This document shows, piece by piece, positions 16,107 to 22,234 of a stretch of 64,000 bases of DNA. The notes under the pieces are model-generated. The model saw only the letters and a list, made by a program, of their open reading frames with translations. It was not told the DNA's origin and searched no databases. Source of the DNA: a virus. Lineage: Duplodnaviria; Caudoviricetes. Within the stretch, counting starts at the first letter, position 1. Each line of letters starts with the position of its first letter. Both the position numbers and the translations under genes were made by a program. The stretch spans positions 18,749 through 82,748 of IMG/VR virus record IMGVR_UViG_3300031853_000019. One strand, 5' to 3'.

Positions 16107-16316
16107 CTAATCTTCATAAAGAGGATATTCGGTTGCCATGTCCTCTACGTAGACAATGTTTGAGTAGGCCGTGTTCAGTTCGTTTGCAATAGTATCCATT
16201 AGCTCCTTTGAGAGAGGTATGTAGGTGTTAATGTCTGTATCTGGCTTTGTTAAGTCGGTAAACTTGTCGTCTACTTCCATTTCTGTGATGATGTTGTGAT
16301 AGACTTTGATTTTCAT
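16107..16316 (-). CDS. Small acidic protein, paralog of 14998-15204
   Basis: MKIKVY..EMEVDDK; start after GAGGTG. Confidence 0.75.
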   Translation of the reverse strand: MKIKVYHNIITEMEVDDKFTDLTKPDTDINTYIPLSKELMDTIANELNTAYSNIVYVEDMATEYPLYED

Positions 16317-16327
16317 GGCAGCCACCT

Positions 16328-16426
16328 CTACTTCCTTTTATCTCTTGTTTCTACATAGTCGCAAATCAATGCGGCAAGTCCAAAGAATAAACAGATAATT
16401 CCCATGTTTACAAAATATGCGCTCAT
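16328..16426 (-). CDS. 32-aa membrane peptide (MSAYFVNMGIICLFFGLAALICDYVE..)
   Basis: Own promoter, GAGGTA RBS, single hydrophobic helix. Confidence 0.6.
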   Translation of the reverse strand: MSAYFVNMGIICLFFGLAALICDYVETRDKRK

Positions 16427-16475
16427 TTAGTTTACCTCTCTTTCATTTACTATAATTATTATAACAAATTTGTTT

Positions 16476-16631
16476 TTATTTGTCAATAAGTTTTTTTATT
16501 TCTTGTTCAAGGATCTGCGGGAAAGCGCCCTCATTCTTTCGTGGGGTTGTCGGTCTAGGTGAAGTTGACCAGCTTTCCCGCTTGTCCTTATATATAGGAA
16601 AGGCTTTTGTAATTCTATAAATCTTTTGCAT
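16476..16631 (-). CDS. Possible 51-aa protein (MQKIYRITKA..) overlapping a long hairpin
   Basis: GAGGAG RBS; contains the GCGGGAAAGC/GCTTTCCCGC inverted repeat. Confidence 0.4.
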   Translation of the reverse strand: MQKIYRITKAFPIYKDKRESWSTSPRPTTPRKNEGAFPQILEQEIKKLIDK

Positions 16632-16636
16632 GTAAC

Positions 16637-16828
16637 CTACTCCTCATCTTCTTCGAAGTAGGCTACTAATGCAACACCAGGGACTTTATATACTTCCCAC
16701 CAACCGCCATATGCCTCAACTGAAGCTATATGGTCATCGGTGATGGGGCATATATCACTTGCCTCAACCTCAACAACATCTGCGGTTACCATTGTTCCAT
16801 CCTCTAAAAACCAAGTAAGTGTTCTCAT
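16637..16828 (-). CDS. Small acidic protein
   Basis: 63 aa, strongly acidic, own promoter. Confidence 0.75.
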   Translation of the reverse strand: MRTLTWFLEDGTMVTADVVEVEASDICPITDDHIASVEAYGGWWEVYKVPGVALVAYFEEDEE

Positions 16829-16886
16829 ATGTATTACCTCTCTTCCTCTTTTGATATACTTATTATATCATGGAGGGTTGATTTTG

Positions 16887-17006
16887 TCAACCCTCAATTT
16901 CAATTTTTTTCAAGTTTCCGTATCTTTTCTGAAAATTGATAACCTCAACTCCATTAAGTTTTCCGTTTGTCCAAACGATGTTTCTTTCAAATGTGTACTT
17001 ATACAT
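16887..17006 (-). CDS. 39-aa protein (MYKYTFERNIVW..)
   Basis: Own promoter and hairpin leader with AAAGGT RBS. Confidence 0.65.
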   Translation of the reverse strand: MYKYTFERNIVWTNGKLNGVEVINFQKRYGNLKKIEIEG

Positions 17007-17091
17007 AACCTTTTACCTTTCAACCTTGCGGTTGTCCTTTCCTTACCTTGTAAACCAATTATAACATCATCAATTCTGTTTGTCAATAGAG

Positions 17092-17133
17092 TTATCAACA
17101 AGTTTTCCACAAAATTCAAAAAAGTTATCAACA
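17092..17133 (+). promoter_or_regulatory. DnaA-box triplet 1
   Basis: TTATCAACA 17092, TTTTCCACA 17103, TTATCAACA 17125; each one mismatch from TTATCCACA. Confidence 0.65.
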
Positions 17134-17199
17134 TTTTCTTTTGTGCAAAGTGATGAATTTTCAGGATCAAATTTGTGCAAAATAACAACGAAAAACTGC

Positions 17200-17312
17200 T
17201 TGACAAATGTCGCTGGCTATGATATAATGGAATGGCGTCGCGCCAACAATTTCATAGGCCGTTGGCGCGACGCCAAACAAAAAACAAAAAAGGAAGTGCT
17301 CACCGCACTCCC
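17200..17312 (+). ncRNA. Hairpin-sRNA cassette 10
   Basis: TTGACA-N17-TATAAT; 15-bp stem TGGCGTCGCGCCAAC/GTTGGCGCGACGCCA, loop AATTTCATAGGCC. Confidence 0.7.
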
Positions 17313-17413
17313 TTAATCTCAACTGTGAAGCCTGCTTTTTCAAGTTCCTTTACATTAACCTCATCGAGTCTTACTTCGCCTACTATGATTCCATTTACTC
17401 TTACTAATGCCAT
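17300..17413 (-). CDS. 37-aa protein (MALVRVNGIIVGEV..)
   Basis: Own promoter, AAGGAGGT RBS. Confidence 0.65.
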   Translation of the reverse strand: MALVRVNGIIVGEVRLDEVNVKELEKAGFTVEIKGVR

Positions 17414-17496
17414 TTTGTTTACCTTCCTTTTCCTTTTGATATGGTTATTATATCATGTTTAATTAGGTTTGTCAACTGTTTTTTATTTGGTGGCTA

Positions 17497-17610
17497 CTAG
17501 CAGTAGTAGCCACCAATCATAGCAACAAGGTACTGTGCTTCTTCCTCTGTGCTACACTCTGTTACAGGGATCCCCTGCTCATTGAATACTGTCCAAAGTC
17601 CTTCTACCAT
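17497..17610 (-). CDS. 37-aa acidic protein (MVEGLWTVFNEQG..)
   Basis: Own promoter, hairpin leader. Confidence 0.65.
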   Translation of the reverse strand: MVEGLWTVFNEQGIPVTECSTEEEAQYLVAMIGGYYC

Positions 17611-17694
17611 AATCTTTTACCTTTCACCGATCCGGTGTCCTTTCCTTTACTGTAACTAAAGTATATCACACACCGCCCACCTTGTCAACAGAAG

Positions 17695-17726
17695 TTATCA
17701 ACAAGTTTTCCACAAAGTTATCAACA
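17695..17726 (+). promoter_or_regulatory. DnaA-box triplet 2
   Basis: TTATCAACA 17695, TTTTCCACA 17706, TTATCAACA 17718. Confidence 0.65.
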
Positions 17727-17792
17727 AGATCCTTTGGTAGAATTGCACAAAATTCGGGATCTAGGTTTGTGCAAAATTTTTGAAAAAAACAC

Positions 17793-17915
17793 TTGACAAA
17801 TTTCGCCCACTATGTTATAATGGAATCCCGACGCGCAAACGATTTCATAGGCCGTTTGCGCGTCGCCAATTCGCATATGCAATAAAAATAATAGGGTAGG
17901 CGTTCCCGCCTACCC
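17793..17915 (+). ncRNA. Hairpin-sRNA cassette 11
   Basis: TTGACA-N17-TATAAT; stem CGACGCGCAAACG/CGTTTGCGCGTCG, loop ATTTCATAGGC; terminator GGGTAGGCG..CGCCTACCC. Confidence 0.7.
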
Positions 17916-17924
17916 TTATATGCT

Positions 17925-18116
17925 CTATGCAAGTGATACAGCCGAGAGCTTTTCATTGATGGCTCCCCAATCCTCGCTTCTCGCTGTGACCTCTACCTTA
18001 TAGCAGTTCATTTCGATGATTTCCTTGCTAACGAAGGCGGGAAACTCATTGATAACCGCACTCAGCACTCCGCTATTTACTGCGCTATTGCTCATATAGT
18101 ATGTCTTACTCTTCAT
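17925..18116 (-). CDS. Small hypothetical protein
   Basis: MKSKTYYMSN.., AAAGGTG RBS. Confidence 0.7.
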   Translation of the reverse strand: MKSKTYYMSNSAVNSGVLSAVINEFPAFVSKEIIEMNCYKVEVTARSEDWGAINEKLSAVSLA

Positions 18117-18148
18117 AACATTCACCTTTCCTTTCTCTATGTGTACTA

Positions 18149-18247
18149 CTACTCCATCATGGAGTAGTAGTAAGCCTGCTCTGCAAGCGCCTCTTCTGCA
18201 TATGCCTCAAGTTCCTCGTCTGTCATTTCCTCGAACCAATTTTCCAT
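18149..18247 (-). CDS. 32-aa highly acidic peptide (MENWFEEMTDEELEAYAEEALAEQAYYYSMME)
   Basis: Own promoter and hairpin leader; no basic residues. Confidence 0.65.
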   Translation of the reverse strand: MENWFEEMTDEELEAYAEEALAEQAYYYSMME

Positions 18248-18321
18248 GTTTTTCACCTTTCAAGCCTTTGGCTTGCCTTTCCTTTACTGTATCTTTATTA
18301 TAGCATGGGTTGACTATTTTG

Positions 18322-18750
18322 TCAACCCCATTTTTCAATTTCTTCTTTTGCGGTTTTAATTGCTTTGTTACATTTAGCAATTTCATCATTCAGTTCATTG
18401 ATCTTTGCTTGTCTTGTTTCTTCCTTCTTATATTTTCTTACTTTGATTTTTTCAATCTCTTCTTTACAAGCCTTGATTTCATTGTTAAGTCTTTCAATGA
18501 AATTCATGTTAAAATCATAGTCACCTTTTGTGTAGACTCTTTCCTTTTCTCCTTCTCCAATGATAACGCGGTTATCTTCATCTACATAGTAGATATTCTC
18601 ACAAATCTCGCTATCACGAGCGCCCTGGTCTAAAAGAAACTTCTTTGCGCTTTCCTTAGTAGCAAAAGTCTTTGTTGTGTATCCACCATGGTCGCAAGTT
18701 ACAAATCTGTCATAATATGTTGCATCAAATACTCTCATCATTTCTTTCAT
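18322..18750 (-). CDS. Hypothetical protein with C-terminal coiled coil
   Basis: 142 aa; own promoter and hairpin leader. Confidence 0.75.
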   Translation of the reverse strand: MKEMMRVFDATYYDRFVTCDHGGYTTKTFATKESAKKFLLDQGARDSEICENIYYVDEDNRVIIGEGEKERVYTKGDYDFNMNFIERLNNEIKACKEEIEKIKVRKYKKEETRQAKINELNDEIAKCNKAIKTAKEEIEKWG

Positions 18751-18835
18751 GTTCGTTTACCTTTAGTCCTTGTGGACTTCCTTTCCTTTACTGTAACTAA
18801 AGTATATCATACTCCATCCGGTCTGTCAATAAAAG

Positions 18836-18877
18836 TTATCAACAAAATAAAAAAAGTTTTCCACAAAGTTATCAACA
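18836..18877 (+). promoter_or_regulatory. DnaA-box triplet 3
   Basis: TTATCAACA 18836, TTTTCCACA 18857, TTATCAACA 18869. Confidence 0.65.
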
Positions 18878-18941
18878 TCTTGATCCGTCAAATTGCACAA
18901 AATTAGGAAAAAATTTTGTGCAATTTTTTTTAAAAAAACAC

Positions 18942-19052
18942 TTGACAAAATCTGTTGACTATGATATAATGGTTGTTCGATGCGCTTGCGATTCGCACAG
19001 CCGCAAGCGCATCGCCAATAAAAAAAATAGCCATCCGCTTGCGCAGATGGCT
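18942..19052 (+). ncRNA. Hairpin-sRNA cassette 12
   Basis: TTGACA-N17-TATAAT; stem CGATGCGCTTGCG/CGCAAGCGCATCG, loop ATTCGCACAGC; terminator AGCCATC..GATGGCT. Confidence 0.7.
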
Positions 19053-19057
19053 CGATT

Positions 19058-19204
19058 CTATGCTTCCTTGATGAGTCGAATAAGTGTTCGACATTTCTCT
19101 TCATCTCCAATGAAGTCACATTCTGTATAAATCTTTGCTTTGTAGTACATTTCTGAACATTCTCCATAAACTGCTTTTACACTTCTCATTAAAGATTCAA
19201 TCAT
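19058..19204 (-). CDS. 48-aa protein (MIESLMRSVKAVYG..)
   Basis: Own promoter and hairpin leader. Confidence 0.65.
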   Translation of the reverse strand: MIESLMRSVKAVYGECSEMYYKAKIYTECDFIGDEEKCRTLIRLIKEA

Positions 19205-19306
19205 TGTTTTTTACCTTTCAACACTTTTTTGTGTTGTCCTTTCCTTTATCTTGAATTCATTATAACAAAAAAATGCTTGTTTGTCAAGCATTTTTTTAAA
19301 AGTTTT

Positions 19307-19615
19307 TTAGCAATATGATAAACTCATGTTTGACCATTTCAAAACTGAAATCTGATTACATTCTCTTCCGATTCTCATGGCTTCTCTTTTGGTGTCTACT
19401 CTCTTGCTTTTGTCAATGTACCAGATGCCGCCGCTAAACCAGATTCCGCAAGATCCATTATAGTCTTTGATCATCTTCATTGCTTCTCTAATATCTGTTG
19501 TTTCTTTTCCTTCTGTTGCTACTTGCCATCCGCTTTTGTATGTGATGATTTTTCCATTCTTTAAAGTTAAACCATCATTGTCTTTGAGTTTTTTGAGTGT
19601 TCTAATGTTTATCAT
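19307..19615 (-). CDS. Hypothetical protein, possibly SAM-lyase-like fold
   Basis: CGIW..YIDKS..EAMRIG..NQISVL resembles the GxW..E/DxS..Q.SVL pattern of phage SAM lyases (by eye). Confidence 0.4.
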   Translation of the reverse strand: MINIRTLKKLKDNDGLTLKNGKIITYKSGWQVATEGKETTDIREAMKMIKDYNGSCGIWFSGGIWYIDKSKRVDTKREAMRIGRECNQISVLKWSNMSLSYC

Positions 19616-19641
19616 TTTCTTTTCCTTCCTTTCCTTTTGAG

Positions 19642-19785
19642 TTAAGAATTGATTGATTCAATTCTTAACTCTTTGTAAATCTCAAAACATTCAAGTGTTT
19701 CTTTCATTGTTTCAAGCGTTCCTAATTCTACACTTTTCATAACTACTGTTGTTTCTGTTGAGATTCCTACTAACTGATATTTCAT
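19642..19785 (-). CDS. 47-aa protein (MKYQLVGISTE..)
   Basis: Own promoter, GAGGAAAGGA RBS. Confidence 0.65.
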   Translation of the reverse strand: MKYQLVGISTETTVVMKSVELGTLETMKETLECFEIYKELRIESINS

Positions 19786-19878
19786 GTTTGGGTTTCCTTT
19801 CCTCTTTTGATAAATCAATTATACACCCAAAGATTTTATTTGTCAATACTCTTTTTGAAAATTCTTGAGGAGAATTTT

Positions 19879-20046
19879 TTAATTCTCCTCAATCTCTTTT
19901 CCGTCCTCGGAGAATGCTTTTCTCGTTCTCTCTCTTTCAAGCATCCGATTCATGTATGTGTCCATGATGCTTCCTTCTCTCCAATTCTTGTTAAGATGTT
20001 TTAACTGTCTGACCTCACCTTTGAAGTAGTAGTATGTATTCGTCAT
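19879..20046 (-). CDS. 55-aa protein (MTNTYYYFKG..)
   Basis: Own promoter and hairpin leader. Confidence 0.65.
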   Translation of the reverse strand: MTNTYYYFKGEVRQLKHLNKNWREGSIMDTYMNRMLERERTRKAFSEDGKEIEEN

Positions 20047-20169
20047 GGCTTTTTACCTTTCAAACTTTTTAAGTTTGTCCTTTCCTTTTTCTTGAGTTAA
20101 TTATATCAAATTGAATCTTGCTTGTCAAGCGAAAAATAAAATTTTTTTAAAAGAATTTTTTGGATTAAT

Positions 20170-20470
20170 TTAATTGTTTTCTCCCGAGGCTGTCGCACCA
20201 GCAGGGAGAGAAATCAAAGGCAGCAGGTCCGGAAGGTAGATAAAAAAATTTTGGCCCCCGGGTGTATTGCGGGATTGGTAGTTTTTGAAAGTGAAAATGA
20301 AATGCTCCCACCCCCACACTCCCAGAAAATGAACCCCAAAATCGAATTCACGAAAATCCCCACCACCATGATTTTTCGGACAAAACAAAAGGGAAAAAGA
20401 CTTTCATCTTTCTCCCAAAATCATGCGCATGTATATCCATTTCCAAAACCGGCTGAAGCGCTAAACGCGC
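20170..20470. other. Non-coding boundary element, candidate genome terminus or packaging site
   Basis: Abrupt compositional change, GGCCCCCGGG, C-rich runs and A tracts; separates the promoter-rich module from the macro-domain/terminase block. Confidence 0.35.
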
Positions 20471-20476
20471 ATCAGT

Positions 20477-21010
20477 TTAAAAGTATTTTTTACCTAGCAA
20501 CGGGTCTTTATTCTTTTTATAATTAATCTTTTCCATGTCCGCGTCAGCGAGAACCAGCACCCGATCAGTTTTCATGTAAGTTACAACCATTTTAAGTGCA
20601 TCCCCGCCGAACACATCAAATATCGCATCATGAACCTCTTGCCATTTAACTCCAACAAGATGCGGGAGCTGCATAACAATTTTATCAACTCCATCCTTTT
20701 GTATTCTTTCTCTTAAATACAAGAGGGCAACCTTAATTGCGGCAATATTATCAGGTTCATAAAACTCTTTCCTCACTACAAGAGCATAGAAACTTTCAGT
20801 TTCTAAACAAGTTCCTGTTCCTTGCCAATTAAATTGCGGGAAAGCGGCCTTGAGGATGCGTGAGAAGTCTATCTGCGAAGACAATAGGCGAAGATCCCCG
20901 CAACAATTAAAATCCGCAGGAACAAAAATTACTGGTTTATATTCAGGCGCATAATCATAGATTGTACCTTCTTTTTCATTATAATTAAAATATGGTAAAC
21001 TCATTATCAT
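20477..21010 (-). CDS. Divergent macro-domain protein (TARG1/DarG/Poa1-like)
   Basis: IFVPADF..GTC..FYALVVRKEFY..DNIAAIKVAL..KIVMQLP..VKWQEVHDAIFDVF follows the TARG1-type pattern; GIA and CGLD motifs are degenerate. Confidence 0.6.
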   Translation of the reverse strand: MIMSLPYFNYNEKEGTIYDYAPEYKPVIFVPADFNCCGDLRLLSSQIDFSRILKAAFPQFNWQGTGTCLETESFYALVVRKEFYEPDNIAAIKVALLYLRERIQKDGVDKIVMQLPHLVGVKWQEVHDAIFDVFGGDALKMVVTYMKTDRVLVLADADMEKINYKKNKDPLLGKKYF

Positions 21011-21029
21011 ACCTCTTTATTTTTCTTTT

Positions 21030-21102
21030 ATTATATCAAATTTTTTCTTTCTTGTCAAATTAATTAAATCTTCTTGACTTCTCGAAAAATTTTTAGTATA
21101 AT
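21030..21102. promoter_or_regulatory. Divergent sigmaA promoters
   Basis: Minus TTGACA-N17-TATAAT before the macro gene; plus TTGACT-N17-TATAAT at 21074-21102. Confidence 0.8.
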
Positions 21103-21132
21103 AATACTATAATATAAGAGAGGAGAAGAGTC

Positions 21133-22230
21133 TTGGAAGAAGAACTAAAACTAGACAATACTTTAACGACTGCGGAAGAGCGCGTCGAACTAGTTAAAAA
21201 AATTATTGAAACTTCACCTCCCGAGAAATTAAATTCTAAATATTTAAATATATTAGCCGACTACATAGTGTTGCCGCTTAGCGATCAAGAGAAAAAGGAA
21301 AAGAAAATTCTTACCCCTAATCGAATGACTCATATCAAAGAGCGGGAAACCAGCTTAGAGGGTATGGCGGTTAAATTTGAAACAAGTGATGGAGCACATA
21401 ATATTGAAACACACTTAGAAGATGCAATTTATAATTTAGCGATTAATGATAAACATGTATATTTAACAACAAGAAAATCACCTGTTACTCAAGAAGAATT
21501 AGAAAATATACCGGGATTGAAGAAAATTCGAGACCAAATTGATAGTCTTGAAGAACAGTTCAAGGTCGCGCGGGGACGCACTAAGTATTCTATTAAAAGT
21601 AATATAATTGAATTATGGAAAGACTTCCATGAACTTCGCAAAAACTACAAAAAACCTATTGGATATGCTAAATTAACAAAATCATTAAAAAAATTAGATT
21701 TATACGAAACAGTAAAAATAGAAAATCAAGAAATTATCATAGAAGATTCAAATATTTCATTATTAATTCCACAGCATATTTCATTCCTATTATGTAATTA
21801 TTCCAAAATCAAAGAAGATAATCATGGCAATTTTGAAGCGGATATCCTTTATACAATGATGGCGCTTGATGAATTGGCGGAGACCGCTTTGCAAAATAAT
21901 CCAATGTATAGAGATGTATTAATCTATAAAATTGATGGATTAAAAAATAATGATATTCAGCGGGAACTTGAGCAAAAATATGGTTATAGATATTCATGTG
22001 AATATATTTCTTCTTTATGGCGTCAAAAGATACCTAAAATGATTGCGGAGCAAGCTAAAAAAGAATATCTTGTTTGGTATTATACAGAAAAAGAAGTAGG
22101 TACATGGAAGCGTTGTAGTAGATGTGGGCAAATTAAATTAGCACATCCTTATTTCTTTTCAAAAAATAAAAGCAGCAAAGATGGCTTTTATAGTATCTGC
22201 AAGTGTTGCAGAAATAAGAAAAAGGAGTGA
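21133..22230 (+). CDS. DNA-binding protein with sigma-region-4-like HTH and C-terminal zinc finger; possible late regulator
   Basis: TTG start; DGLKNNDIQRELEQKYGYRYSCEYISSLW HTH-like segment; CSRC..CKCC finger. Confidence 0.5.
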   Translation: MEEELKLDNTLTTAEERVELVKKIIETSPPEKLNSKYLNILADYIVLPLSDQEKKEKKILTPNRMTHIKERETSLEGMAVKFETSDGAHNIETHLEDAIYNLAINDKHVYLTTRKSPVTQEELENIPGLKKIRDQIDSLEEQFKVARGRTKYSIKSNIIELWKDFHELRKNYKKPIGYAKLTKSLKKLDLYETVKIENQEIIIEDSNISLLIPQHISFLLCNYSKIKEDNHGNFEADILYTMMALDELAETALQNNPMYRDVLIYKIDGLKNNDIQRELEQKYGYRYSCEYISSLWRQKIPKMIAEQAKKEYLVWYYTEKEVGTWKRCSRCGQIKLAHPYFFSKNKSSKDGFYSICKCCRNKKKE

Positions 22231-22234
22231 TTAG

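Larger units (their letters stand above)
7268..18923. promoter_or_regulatory. Repeated palindromic operator TTG(C/T)ACAAA-N13/14-TTTGT(G/A)CAA
   Basis: Copies at 7268-7307 (perfect 15-bp arms), 8794-8824, 9877-9918 (N24), 13232-13263, 15978-16009, 17141-17180 (variant, N22), 17743-17774, 18893-18923; each about 18-20 bp upstream of a hairpin-cassette -35. Confidence 0.75.
6857..20128 (-). promoter_or_regulatory. About 31 near-consensus minus-strand sigmaA promoters
   Basis: TTGAC(A/T) or TTGCAA - N16/17 - TATAAT/TATACT/TACAAT/TATATT; -10 boxes at plus coordinates 6857, 7033, 7141, 7234, 7855, 8669, 8757, 9825, 10535, 11025, 11638, 12030, 12842, 13054, 13194, 13776, 13986, 14634, 14817, 15756, 15941, 16458, 16862, 17058, 17447, 17660, 18297, 18801, 19259, 19818, 20100. 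Confidence 0.9.

Noticed and set aside
7322-19052. Hairpin cassettes as a CRISPR array or CRISPR repeats
   Set aside because: Units are about 1 kb apart, stems differ in sequence, there is no repeat-spacer periodicity and no cas gene in the window; solitary repeat mimics cannot be excluded without a database search
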